A stretch of DNA of 64,000 bases from Bdellovibrionales bacterium (GTDB lineage: Bacteria; Bdellovibrionota; Bdellovibrionia; Bdellovibrionales; UBA1609). Positions 1 to 8,812 of the stretch are shown here, one piece after another (the stretch's first letter is position 1; the number at the start of each line of letters is the position of its first letter). The position numbers and the translations under genes were made by a program. Location of the stretch: positions 1,628 to 65,627 of the forward strand of contig JAPPLY010000069.1 in the NCBI GenBank assembly GCA_028819305.1, written 5' to 3'. The notes under the pieces were generated by a model. It saw only the letters and a program-made list of their open reading frames with translations, made no database searches and was not told the origin of the DNA.

Positions 1-815
1 CATTTGATTATACACACACTATCGTAAACACTGATTTACTCGAAAGAATAAACCAAGTCAATAATCAACCGTGGACTGATAGTGTAAAAGAGGAGCATTT
101 TGCATCACTATTAACCACTGAAATCGCAAAAAGACACCATGACCAATATTTAGAACTAAAGGCGGAAAAAGAGAGAATAAGTAATAAATACTTTAGTGGT
201 CTTGACATAGAGGAAAAGATAACTATTAATACACCCTCAGATGCTGACATAGAAGGAACAATTTATAAGCCTGATTACACTAGTTTGAGAAAAATAATTG
301 GTGATGATGATGATATAGAATTGAGAACAGACCCCTCAAATGGTGATTACATCACCAAGATGTACAACCAAGATGAGGATGATAGTAGTAAGTTCCATAC
401 TACTAGGCTTATGAATAAGATAGCTAGTATAGAAAAAGACATGTTATCTACACCGCCATCAACCGATCCACCAACAAATCCAGGACCTGTTTCTCTAGAC
501 TACAATTCCCAAGACTCTTGGAGAGCTGGCATGTCCTCTTTCAAGGAGACTCAAGAATTTTTTATAAGTAGCAGTCAATTACTGTATCATCATGTTGCAG
601 CTAATAGAGCACTAAGCCAGGCACCCATAAATACATTTATCAGTTTCCCGAATTCAGGGATTCCTAGTAGTACTAGTACACCTACCTCTTCTATTCAAAC
701 GAATATGGAGTACCTATGTATGTGGTGTAACGAACACAGAAAAAAAAGGTTAGTTAAAGATGCCGAACAAGACCCGGTTTTAAATGAAATGCAAGTAGCA
801 CAACCCACCCCATAA
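1..815 (+). CDS. C-terminal part of a larger hypothetical protein, truncated by the window edge
   Basis: Hand translation of the frame of ORF 285..815 stays open back to nt 3 (FDYTHTIVNTDLLERINQVNNQPW...), so the TTG at 285 is internal. Acidic and Ser/Thr/Pro-rich, no motif recognised. Confidence 0.6.
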   Translation, partial: FDYTHTIVNTDLLERINQVNNQPWTDSVKEEHFASLLTTEIAKRHHDQYLELKAEKERISNKYFSGLDIEEKITINTPSDADIEGTIYKPDYTSLRKIIGDDDDIELRTDPSNGDYITKMYNQDEDDSSKFHTTRLMNKIASIEKDMLSTPPSTDPPTNPGPVSLDYNSQDSWRAGMSSFKETQEFFISSSQLLYHHVAANRALSQAPINTFISFPNSGIPSSTSTPTSSIQTNMEYLCMWCNEHRKKRLVKDAEQDPVLNEMQVAQPTP

Positions 816-842
816 TCAGATAGAAGAAACAGGCCCTGTTTG

Positions 843-884
843 ACCCCTGCTCTTCGCGAAGCTTGTCCTCGCAGTCACAGGGGT
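843..884. repeat. hairpin module of the dispersed repeat network (stem ACCCCTG/CAGGGGT around CTTCGCGAAGCTTGTCCTCGC)
   Basis: Inner string CGCGAAGCTTGTCCTCGC recurs at about 15126-15143 and, diverged, at about 58968-58985, 22996-23019 and 39051-39070. Confidence 0.6.
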
Positions 885-905
885 TAAACCGGGGACATTG
901 GTACA

Positions 906-1640
906 TTAAGAAAAAACTTTAGGCTCAAAGCCCTCCTTATTGATAAGATAAGCGCTGTTCCCCGTCGCTTTTATCACAAACAAACCCTGCCTCTCCGCAT
1001 ATTTACTGGCCGATTCATCCGCTCTTAAATAGGCCACAGCTCCATAAATAACCTTACCCCTATAAGATGAAAGACGATCACTAAACTTCTTTAAACCCTC
1101 TAAAAAATACTTAATATGTTGTACCTTTAAAGTGGTTTTTACCTCCACCACCACAGCTTCGTCTCCGTTACCGGCTACAATGTCATACTCGTAACGATCC
1201 TCACCGTGCTCTCTTTTTATATTCATGTAAGTGTGTTTAACATCTATGCCTCTTTCATTTAAAACTTTTACCAGGTCCCCTTCTACAAGGCTTTCCATAA
1301 GTTTGCCCCACTGGGTTTCAAAAAGCTCTTTCGCCTTTTTTAAACCCTCGTTGACCTTTTTATTTTCCGCCGAGAGATCTTTGATTATTTGATCTATTTC
1401 AGCTTTTCGCCTGTCTGCTTCCGCCCATCGCTTAGCCTGTTGCTTCTTTTCTTCAGCTCTTTGCTTCTCTGCTTCCGCCCATCGCTTAGCCTGTTGCCTA
1501 TTTTCCTCAGCCCTTTGCTTCTCTGCTTCCGCCTGCCGCCTCTCTGCTTCTGCCGAAAACCGCTTTAAATTCCTTTGGGTCTCTCTTATAAGACTCCAAA
1601 TCTCATTTGCTGGTGATATTGTGGATTTACTCATTTTCAT
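906..1640 (-). CDS. coiled-coil protein with C-terminal PD-(D/E)XK (restriction-endonuclease-like) motif
   Basis: 244 aa. N-terminal Ala/Glu/Lys/Arg/Gln-rich region carries an 18-aa tandem repeat. C-terminal EYDIVAGNGDEAVVVEVKT fits the D...(D/E)xK nuclease core. Confidence 0.55.
   Translation of the reverse strand: MKMSKSTISPANEIWSLIRETQRNLKRFSAEAERRQAEAEKQRAEENRQQAKRWAEAEKQRAEEKKQQAKRWAEADRRKAEIDQIIKDLSAENKKVNEGLKKAKELFETQWGKLMESLVEGDLVKVLNERGIDVKHTYMNIKREHGEDRYEYDIVAGNGDEAVVVEVKTTLKVQHIKYFLEGLKKFSDRLSSYRGKVIYGAVAYLRADESASKYAERQGLFVIKATGNSAYLINKEGFEPKVFS
1398..1532 (-). repeat. 54-bp (18-aa) tandem repeat inside CDS 906..1640, 2.5 units
   Basis: Protein AEAEKQRAEENRQQAKRW / AEAEKQRAEEKKQQAKRW / AEADRRKAE. 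The DNA string CTCTGCTTCCGCCCATCGCTTAGCCTGTTGC is seen twice. Confidence 0.85.
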
Positions 1641-1698
1641 CTCCTTTCTTTATAATACCATAGTTTTTTAAAAACCAGATATGCAAAATCCATGCCTA

Positions 1699-1998
1699 AA
1701 TCCAAAAGGGTTTTAATTGGCGAACTTATACAAAAAACAACCAGGGGAAGAGATAAACCCAAAGGGTTTTAATTGGTAAACTGAGGAAAATCTATGATAA
1801 ATTTATCTCTTTAAACCCAATGAAAAAATTCAGGAGAGAACAGGCTTTAAAAGCGAGTTAGGCCCTTGACACAGTAGCGACCACCGGTCGCTCTGTGGCA
1901 AAACGCATGTCCGAGCCTTTTAAATCCTGGTTCTCTCCTGAAGAAAACCATAACCCAAAGGGTTTTAATTGGTAAACTGCGATAAAATCTATAAAGAT
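1699..1998. repeat. three direct copies of the T4 core (CCAAAGGGTTTTAATTGGTAAACT) at 1699-1728, 1755-1800 and 1952-1998
   Basis: Copies 2 and 3 are alignable for about 46 bp. Copies 1 and 2 are 57 bp apart, copies 2 and 3 are 197 bp apart, with a T3 hairpin element between them. Confidence 0.8.
1829..1942. mobile_element. T3 palindromic MITE-like element, copy a (114 bp)
   Basis: Terminal inverted repeats TTCAGGAGAGAACAGG / CCTGGTTCTCTCCTGAA. The inner string GCTCTGTGGCAAAACGCATGTCCGAG matches 5781-5806 in reverse complement. Confidence 0.8.
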
Positions 1999-2006
1999 TA
2001 CTCATT

Positions 2007-2062
2007 TAAAATAAAAAAATATAAATCAAATCAAATTGTTGGGACTTTTTCAGAACCTTCTA
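2007..2062. mobile_element. T2 element, right-end fragment
   Basis: AAAATAAAAAAATATAAATCAAATCAAATTGTTGGGACTTTTTCAGAACC matches the right end of 43832-44082. Confidence 0.7.
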
Positions 2063-2180
2063 ATTAGAAGGGATACGGTAAAGTTTTTTTGTAAGCATCT
2101 TCTGTAAGTGAAAATAGCTCTCTTTTTAAGACTTCCCTTATCTTTTGAAGGTGGTTTCTTTTTTGAGGATCAAGAGATAG

Positions 2181-2717
2181 TTAGTTGAGACTCTGAATTT
2201 CCGCTATATAGGGAAGGTGACGAAACTGTTCTTGATAATCCAGACCATATCCCACTAGAAAGGAAGAGGCTTCCACTTCAAAACCAATATAGTCCACCTG
2301 GCATTTTCTTTCTCTTATTTTTTGAGGTTTAGCGATGAGAACAACAGTTGTGAGGGATAAGGGATTATGATTTTTGAGGTGAGATTGTAGGAAGTTCAAA
2401 GTATATCCTTGATCCACAATATCTTCTACCAATAGGATATGTTTTCCTGATATATTTAAAGTGGTATCCATGGTTAATTTTACTTCTTTTGAAGGTTCTT
2501 TTTTTTTTCCGTATCTGGATGTTTCACAAAAATCGCATAATACCCGGCAGGAAAGGGAGCGTATCAGGTCCGAGTAAAAAGCAAAAGCCCCTTTTAAAGT
2601 TCCTATAGCAATCACCTGTTCGTTTTTAAACTTTTTGTTAAGAGATAGGGCTATCTCCTTGATCTTTTTTTGTATCTGTTCTTCTGTAATTAAAATAGTG
2701 GTTTTTATATCCAACAT
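2181..2717 (-). CDS. hpt: hypoxanthine(-guanine) phosphoribosyltransferase
   Basis: 178 aa. PRPP-binding motif LLVEDIVDQGYTL and GYGLDY...R..PYI signature typical of HPRT. Confidence 0.9.
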   Translation of the reverse strand: MLDIKTTILITEEQIQKKIKEIALSLNKKFKNEQVIAIGTLKGAFAFYSDLIRSLSCRVLCDFCETSRYGKKKEPSKEVKLTMDTTLNISGKHILLVEDIVDQGYTLNFLQSHLKNHNPLSLTTVVLIAKPQKIRERKCQVDYIGFEVEASSFLVGYGLDYQEQFRHLPYIAEIQSLN

Positions 2718-2801
2718 AACTCCTTCTTTGTTTATACTGAAAGGGTATTATTCAAATAAGAGATGTATAATATAGTTTATATTTTATCGGTTTGTATAGT
2801 T

Positions 2802-4199
2802 TTAAATTTGTCTAGCTCTTTTGTCCACATTTAAGGCGGCTTCTCTCATTACTTCCGATAAAGTGGGATGGGCATGGAAGCTTCGGGCTAAGTCTTCGCT
2901 GCTGGCACCCAGTTCCATTGCTACCACAGCCTCCGCTATCATATCAGAGGCTCTAGGGCCTAATATATGTACACCTAAGATAAGATCTGTATTCGTGTTT
3001 GCTAGAATTTTTACAAAACCTTCCGTAAATCCTAAAGCTTTAGCTCTTCCGTTGGCTGTAAAAGGGAATTTGCCGGATTTGTAAGGAATGTTTTCTTTAA
3101 TTAATTGTTCTTCCGTTTTACCTACACTAGCTACTTCTGGCCATGTGTAAATAACAGAGGGCACTGTTTCGTAGTGAACATGGCCAGCTTGACCGGCGAT
3201 AATTTCAGCTACAGCGACCCCTTCTTCTTCTGCTTTATGAGCGAGCATAGCCCCCCCAATAAGATCACCAATGGCAAAAATATGAGAGTGGGAAGTTCTC
3301 CATTTAGAATCTACTTGCACAAAACCCCGTTCATCCGTTTGAATGTGGGCTTTTTCCAGATTCAAATTTTTTGTATAGGGGCGACGACCTACCGCTAGTA
3401 AGACATGATCTCCTTTTAAGGAAAGCTTGTCCCCGGTTTTACTTTTATAAAATAGCTCTACTTCTTTTTTTGTGGTTTTTATTTCTTGAACCTGGCTTTC
3501 TAATAGAAACTTTATTTTTTGTTTTTGTAATACCTTTAAAATATTTTTAGACAGTTCTTGATCCATAGTCGGGCAGAGCCGATCTGCGTATTCCAGTACC
3601 ACTACTTCTGTGCCCAGGCGGGACCAGACCGAGGCCATCTCCAGCCCAATATAGCCTCCTCCTACGATTAAAAGGGTTTTAGGTACCTTATTTAAACTCA
3701 GAGCTTCTGTGGAGGAGATCACTTTTTTACCATCAAAGGGAATACCGGGGAGATCATTGGGGATGCTGCCAGTGGCCAGGATAATGTTTTTTCCTTCTAT
3801 TACCTGAGTTTTAGAACCATTTTTAATTTGTATTTTTTGAGGAGAGAGAAAAGACCCAACCCCTTCGAACCGGTCAATTTTGTTTTTTTTTAACAAATAT
3901 TGAATACCGCCCGTTAATTCTTTTACGATTTTACTTTTTCTGTTCATCATGGTTGTTAGATCTAAGGAAACAGAGGAAGTTTTAACTCCATGATGGATCA
4001 TTTCCTCTTTGGCAAAGTGATAATGCTCAGAAGAATCTAAAAGAGCTTTGGAAGGAATGCAACCTACATTCAAGCAAGTTCCTCCAAGGTTTTTGTCTTT
4101 TTCCACTACGGCCGTTTTTAATCCTAGTTGAGCTGCTCGAATAGCCCCTGTATAACCTCCTGGCCCGGAACCTATTACTATTAAATTATAAGCAGACAT
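2802..4199 (-). CDS. lpdA: dihydrolipoyl dehydrogenase (E3)
   Basis: 465 aa. FAD fold GSGPGGY, redox disulfide GGTCLNVGCIPSK, C-terminal HAHPTLSE. Confidence 0.92.
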   Translation of the reverse strand: MSAYNLIVIGSGPGGYTGAIRAAQLGLKTAVVEKDKNLGGTCLNVGCIPSKALLDSSEHYHFAKEEMIHHGVKTSSVSLDLTTMMNRKSKIVKELTGGIQYLLKKNKIDRFEGVGSFLSPQKIQIKNGSKTQVIEGKNIILATGSIPNDLPGIPFDGKKVISSTEALSLNKVPKTLLIVGGGYIGLEMASVWSRLGTEVVVLEYADRLCPTMDQELSKNILKVLQKQKIKFLLESQVQEIKTTKKEVELFYKSKTGDKLSLKGDHVLLAVGRRPYTKNLNLEKAHIQTDERGFVQVDSKWRTSHSHIFAIGDLIGGAMLAHKAEEEGVAVAEIIAGQAGHVHYETVPSVIYTWPEVASVGKTEEQLIKENIPYKSGKFPFTANGRAKALGFTEGFVKILANTNTDLILGVHILGPRASDMIAEAVVAMELGASSEDLARSFHAHPTLSEVMREAALNVDKRARQI

Positions 4200-4229
4200 A
4201 TTTTCTTTTCCTCCTGAGTTTTTTGATGA

Positions 4230-5624
4230 TTAAACATCCATTATTAAACGGATAGGGTCTTCCACGCATTCTTTGATTTTCAGTAAAAAACCGACAGACT
4301 CTTTTCCATCCACCAGGCGATGATCGTAAGATAAAGCTATATACATCATCGGTTTAATTTGTATTTGTCCATCTACAACAACAGGTCTTTCTTCAATTTT
4401 ATGCATGCCTAAAATCCCGCTTTGGGGAGGGTTTAAAATAGGTGTGGACATAAGGGATCCAAAGACCCCTCCGTTGCTAATGGTAAAAGTCCCTCCCATC
4501 AAATCGTCTGGGCTAATTTTACCATCCCGTGCCTTTTCCGCATAAAAGAGAACGGCTTTTTCCAATTCCGCCATTCCTTTGTGATCGGCTTCGTGAATAA
4601 CGGGAACAACTAAACCTCTATCTGTACTGACAGCTACTCCTATGTGGCAGGAGTGATTATACACCATCTCATCTCCTTCAATAAAGGCGTTCACCCTAGG
4701 GAAAGCTTGTAAAGCATGAATTGTTGCTTTGATAAAAAAACCCATGAAACCAAGTTTAACCTGGTGTCTTTTTTGAAAAGCTTCTTTATATTGAGCACGC
4801 AGATTTATTACTTTGGACATATCAATTTCGTTGAAAGTAGTAAGAGTGGCTGTGCTTTGCTGAGACTTTACAAGTCGTTCAGCAATTCGTTTTCGGATGG
4901 TGCTCATTTTCTTGCGTGTTGTTTTATACTGAGCTTGTTTGAATGTCGTGGCTTCTGTATTCTTATGGGGAAGGAACGGAGTGCGAAGAGTGCCAATTCC
5001 TGACCTGTCCGGTATATTTGATGGAGGTTTTTCGGAAGGGGAAGAGGTGGTTTTGGAAGCCCGGTTTTGGATAAAGGACAGTACATCTCCTTTTGTAATA
5101 CGACCGCCAGGCCCCTGACCTGTAATATGATCTGGATTGAGCTTGTTTTCCGTTATGAGTTTTCTAACAGACGGGGAAAGGTTTTGGTTCATGGAGTGCA
5201 AAGATGATTTTTGAGTTGAGGTATTGGGTTTATCTTTTTTCAGGAAGTTATCTATAAGTGTTTTATCAGAGGGTAATGCTTGTTTTTCCTGATTTTGGGA
5301 TGGAGAATCAAAAGTTGTATGGCTATTTGAGTTAGAAAGAGCTTTTTGAGTTTGTGTTGGTTGTTCTTTTTCTAAAGCAGGAGGTGATATAGAGGTGTCC
5401 AGTTCAGCAATCACTTCACCTACTTTTACATCCTCTCCTTCTTGTTTGAAAATATTGAGCTGACCACTTTGTTCTGCTACCAGATCCATAGAGGCTTTGT
5501 CTGTCTCCATGACCACTAATACTTCATTTTGTTTGACATAATCGCCATTTTTCTTTTGCCATTCACCAATGGTGGCTTCGGTAACAGATTCCCCCACAGA
5601 GGGAACTTTGATTTGTTGTTTCAT
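4230..5624 (-). CDS. sucB: 2-oxoglutarate dehydrogenase E2, dihydrolipoyllysine succinyltransferase
   Basis: 464 aa. Lipoyl domain METDKAS, E3-binding domain SPSVRKL...[11 protein letters not shown], catalytic DHRLVDG, SucB-like C-terminus [10 protein letters not shown]. Long Ser/Thr/Gln-rich linkers. Confidence 0.88.
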   Translation of the reverse strand: MKQQIKVPSVGESVTEATIGEWQKKNGDYVKQNEVLVVMETDKASMDLVAEQSGQLNIFKQEGEDVKVGEVIAELDTSISPPALEKEQPTQTQKALSNSNSHTTFDSPSQNQEKQALPSDKTLIDNFLKKDKPNTSTQKSSLHSMNQNLSPSVRKLITENKLNPDHITGQGPGGRITKGDVLSFIQNRASKTTSSPSEKPPSNIPDRSGIGTLRTPFLPHKNTEATTFKQAQYKTTRKKMSTIRKRIAERLVKSQQSTATLTTFNEIDMSKVINLRAQYKEAFQKRHQVKLGFMGFFIKATIHALQAFPRVNAFIEGDEMVYNHSCHIGVAVSTDRGLVVPVIHEADHKGMAELEKAVLFYAEKARDGKISPDDLMGGTFTISNGGVFGSLMSTPILNPPQSGILGMHKIEERPVVVDGQIQIKPMMYIALSYDHRLVDGKESVGFLLKIKECVEDPIRLIMDV

Positions 5625-5691
5625 AGGTTAACTTGCTCCAGTCTTACTTTCCTTTTTTTTGTGTTTATCGTGCGGAGAGGAGCTTATAGAA

Positions 5692-5743
5692 ACCTCAAAA
5701 CATGTCCTCGCGGAAACGGGGATCAAGTAAGATCAGTGGTATA
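5692..5743. repeat. T1 right-half (CCTCAAAACATGTCCTCGCGGAAACGGGGATCAAGTAAGATCAGTGGTATA)
   Basis: Direct imperfect repeat of 5888-5936. Same module as 39046-39087. Confidence 0.7.
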
Positions 5744-5747
5744 AGCT

Positions 5748-5860
5748 CTTCAGAAAAGAATAAGACTCAAAAAGTTCAGACATGCGTTTTGCTACAGAGC
5801 AACTTTCAGCCGCTCTGTAGCAAAGCCGAACTCACTTTTGAGTCTTATTCTTTTCTGAAG
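5748..5860. mobile_element. T3 palindromic MITE-like element, copy b (113 bp)
   Basis: Outer arms CTTCAGAAAAGAATAAGACTCAAAAGT / ACTTTTGAGTCTTATTCTTTTCTGAAG. Inner arms GCTACAGAGC / GCTCTGTAGC. Confidence 0.85.
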
Positions 5861-5887
5861 AATTGTTATCCTCATTTATGTGAAACA

Positions 5888-5936
5888 CCTCAAAACTGTG
5901 TCCGCGTGAAAGCGGAGAATTTAATCGGATCAGATA
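5888..5936. repeat. T1 right-half, second direct copy
   Basis: CCTCAAAACTGTGTCCGCGTGAAAGCGGAGAATTTAATCGGATCAGATA. Confidence 0.65.
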
Positions 5937-6413
5937 AGTATCCTACAAAAAAATAAAGTGATTTGCAATGTCTATCGTTTTAGGCTTAAAACCCACTCTT
6001 TCCCCTCTCTCCCATCATACCTTATTGGACAAAGTTTAAAGGAAGAGAAACTCCTGGTCCCTATTATCCCTGTTGTGTTCTATTATTAAAGAGTTCATAA
6101 ATATTTCGTCAACTTCTCATTACTTCAGTAAGGAAAAAATCTCTTTTTGAAAATTTTTAAAACGAAATCGGGAAAAAGAATTCTATTCATATAGTTCATA
6201 TTGTGAGTATATCTATTAATTATTAGTTTTGAGTGTTTTCTAAAGTAAAACATGTTTCTTTTTGAGACAGAATAAATAAAAACATTAGGTTCAAGAGAAA
6301 TGTATTGACATGAAAAAGGGCTTTGTTGATAAACTCAACCTATCTTCTTGCTTGAAAAGAAATATATTCTCGAATATTTTATGTTTAAAGTGAAAGAAAA
6401 TAAGGCGGAATGT

Positions 6414-6665
6414 ATGCACCCCTATAGGTTTCAAAATAATATAAAAGTCAAGTCTAAGTATGTCTCTCATTTTCTTAAATATAATAAAAATGGGTTCTTA
6501 ATAATTGAGATAATTATCGCTACAGGTCTTTTTACAATATTGGCCATAGGTTCTTTTAAGATGATTGAATCTCAATTGCTTTCTGTAAAGACAGCTAATA
6601 ATATTCAATCTGAAGGGGATTTAAGGATAGCTATTCATTCTGCTTTGAATGAACAATTGCTTTAA
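6414..6665 (+). CDS. type IV pilin-like protein, N-terminal part (prepilin-type cleavage/methylation motif)
   Basis: KNG/FLIIEIIIATGLFTILAIG has Gly -1, Phe +1 and Glu +5, followed by a hydrophobic helix. ATG at 6414 is preceded by AAGGCGGA. The frame stops at 6663-6665. Confidence 0.6.
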   Translation: MHPYRFQNNIKVKSKYVSHFLKYNKNGFLIIEIIIATGLFTILAIGSFKMIESQLLSVKTANNIQSEGDLRIAIHSALNEQLL

Positions 6666-7410
6666 TAATTTGGATTTTAACACCCTTTCAAATGATCCCA
6701 AAATGGCAAATACAAAGATAGTTACTTCCTTAAATGTTGATTCTTATTCATTAAGTCCTGGTTCGGATTTTAAAGATTATTTTTCTATACAAAAAATAAG
6801 TTTAAAAGAAATAACAACAGATCAAAGGGAATTGATAGTTTATTTTAAAAGGCATGGTTTAAAAATGTTATCCACAAGGGGCAGTAACCCTTGTACTTCA
6901 AGTGACACTAGCGGCTGTTACCTTTATGTTTGTAATGTGAAATATACAGGTTCTCCGGTGGATGCTTGCAGTGCTCTTGATTGCTATGATCCATCTGATG
7001 ACGGTCACTTAATATCTCATAATACATTTGAAACAAAAGTAAACGAGATACTTAAAAAGATAGACGATTTGTCATCAAAGATGGACGGTTTGACAATTAA
7101 TAACCTCAATAATAATGATAACGATGATGATAACAATGCTGGTAACAACAACAACAATGCTGGTAACGAATGTACACCTACTTATGCATATAAGAAGATA
7201 GGAGGTAAAAAATTTTGCAATAGTGAAAATAAATCAAACTGGGTACAGTATGTTGATAATCAGTGTCATAGTTTTTGTAAACAAGTAGGTGAAAGTAAAG
7301 GTATAAAAACTGTCGCGTCTGCTACAACAAATTGCGCCTCTACAAATTCTTGTATAGACTGTAGGACATGTAATTGTGGTTCAACTATCGTTGTTAAGGC
7401 ATGTCCTTAA
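6649..7410 (+). CDS. Asn/Asp-rich and Cys-rich protein with no signal peptide of its own; probably the continuation of 6414..6665 in the +1 frame
   Basis: 253 aa. Overlaps the upstream ORF by 17 nt, with no SD in front of its ATG and TGA immediately upstream in its frame. Contains an NNLNNNDNDDDNNAGNNNNNAGN linker and a C-terminal domain with about 12 Cys. Confidence 0.5.
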   Translation: MNNCFNNLDFNTLSNDPKMANTKIVTSLNVDSYSLSPGSDFKDYFSIQKISLKEITTDQRELIVYFKRHGLKMLSTRGSNPCTSSDTSGCYLYVCNVKYTGSPVDACSALDCYDPSDDGHLISHNTFETKVNEILKKIDDLSSKMDGLTINNLNNNDNDDDNNAGNNNNNAGNECTPTYAYKKIGGKKFCNSENKSNWVQYVDNQCHSFCKQVGESKGIKTVASATTNCASTNSCIDCRTCNCGSTIVVKACP

Positions 7411-7578
7411 GCCTCAAAAAAGTCCCTGCAAAGCTGGTTACGCTAATATGATATAACTTATATATGTCTGTATTGTGCTAAAGTTGCGGGAAACGGACCT
7501 TTTTTACTTACTGAAAGCAAAATTGGCATGTTTATAAACTTAAGCCGTTTTTTTAGATTAAAGCCTTTTGAAAATTTT

Positions 7579-8604
7579 CTATTGTGTTTTATAATTCAGG
7601 TCTCTTCCCAGAAGCATGAGTCGGAACTTCTCCCAGGTGGTGTCGATATCCTTATTGTTGTGTACATGGGTGTATTTTACATGGCTGCTTGGGCTGGCAT
7701 CAGGATTTAGTTCAATCATCCACAGTGCTTTTATTTCGTTGGGCAGCATAGAATACCGGATATCAATTATGCGATTGGGATAATGTGGATGAACGGAGAC
7801 GAAGCCATTGGAAAACCAGCGGAACCGTTCAATATCGCGGGCCTGTTGAGAACGGGAGTTTAGCCAGGGAAAATGTTTCTTTACGTCCAGCTTGACGATG
7901 GATTCTCCATGATAAATTTTCGGTTGCAACCCTGCCCGTATGCCATCGACGTAATATCGGTCGTCGGTTTCGTAGATCACTTTCCATAGTAGCAGATTAG
8001 CAAAGCCTGGCTTGGCTTCCAGTTGTACTGGGTGATGATCTCTGGATTGAGCCAGTTGCCAGCCGACGTGTTCCACTCGTTCCTGTTGAATCAATCCAAA
8101 GCACAGATAGACCAGTACCCAGATGGCGGCGACTCTAGCCATAACAAGAGTTTTCCTGATCGCCGCTATCACGACTAGGATGACCATGGGAAGGGTAAAC
8201 AAGGGGTCAATGATGGAGATATTTCTCCACGAAACCCGGTGGTCGCTAAATGGCCAGAAAAGCTGGGTTCCGTAGGACGTGCAGGCGTCCAGCAAGGCAT
8301 GTGTCGCATATCCTGCGATGCAATACAATAGTGTTTTTCCGAAGCTAAGTCCAAAGTGCCGGGAAATAAGGTGGAAACACAGGGCACACAGAAAGCCACC
8401 TATGGGAATGAATATCAGGGAGTGCGTAAACTGGCGATGATATTCCAGGGAGAGCAGTGGGTCCATGTCCGATGTGATCAACACGTCGAGGTCGGGAGCC
8501 ATCCCGGCCAGTGTTCCGATTATGGCCGCACTGGCCAGGTGCTTTTTTTGTGAGACATTCTGACTAGCGACAACACCAAGTACACCCTGGGAAATTGGAT
8601 CCAT
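7579..8604 (-). CDS. membrane-bound metal-dependent hydrolase, DUF457/YdjM family
   Basis: 341 aa. N-terminal MDPISQGVLG...APDLDVL...HRQFTHSL is typical of DUF457, with several TM helices. Markedly higher GC than the flanks. Confidence 0.6.
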   Translation of the reverse strand: MDPISQGVLGVVASQNVSQKKHLASAAIIGTLAGMAPDLDVLITSDMDPLLSLEYHRQFTHSLIFIPIGGFLCALCFHLISRHFGLSFGKTLLYCIAGYATHALLDACTSYGTQLFWPFSDHRVSWRNISIIDPLFTLPMVILVVIAAIRKTLVMARVAAIWVLVYLCFGLIQQERVEHVGWQLAQSRDHHPVQLEAKPGFANLLLWKVIYETDDRYYVDGIRAGLQPKIYHGESIVKLDVKKHFPWLNSRSQQARDIERFRWFSNGFVSVHPHYPNRIIDIRYSMLPNEIKALWMIELNPDASPSSHVKYTHVHNNKDIDTTWEKFRLMLLGRDLNYKTQ

Positions 8605-8641
8605 AGGTATAGATTATATAACACATTGAAGTGCTTTGGAA

Positions 8642-8812
8642 ACTGGTGCCACTTATCCTGTATGCCAACAAACCAACAGCTTCATTAAGTATGTCAGATT
8701 GGAGGATGCCAAGGTTGCGTTTAACTACAGGAAAAGGGAAGTTACAGAGGGTTCAATCACGGGCCTCGACGTTTCGTGTACCAGGTGTCGATGCACCAGG
8801 ATGAAAGATTAA
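8642..8812 (+). pseudogene. possible short remnant of an IS91-family (Y2) transposase
   Basis: A 56-codon open stretch translates to ...NSFIKYVRLEDAKVAFNYRKREVTEGSITGLDVS... This recalls from memory the IS91-family stretch ISNSRL...DGKVTFRYKD. GC-rich like the neighbouring gene. Weak evidence. Confidence 0.2.

Noticed and set aside
1699-1998. A possible mini CRISPR array: a 26-nt repeat seen three times, with the first two copies 57 bp apart.
   Set aside because: Spacing is irregular (57 then 197 bp). The repeated unit really extends to about 46 bp for copies 2 and 3. The same core occurs singly elsewhere (48120-48150, 54496-54608). No cas genes or leader are present.
2821-5086. Plus- and minus-strand ORFs nested in lpdA and sucB (2821..3084, 3105..3398, 4716..5003, 4904..5086).
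   Set aside because: They are embedded in strongly supported genes and have no motifs.
5529-5956. ORFs 5529..5744 and 5702..5956.
   Set aside because: They are antisense to the 5-prime end of sucB or composed of T1/T3 repeat sequence.
8175-8553. ORFs 8175..8399 and 8356..8553.
   Set aside because: They are alternative-frame or antisense ORFs inside the GC-rich DUF457 gene, and high GC inflates spurious ORF length.
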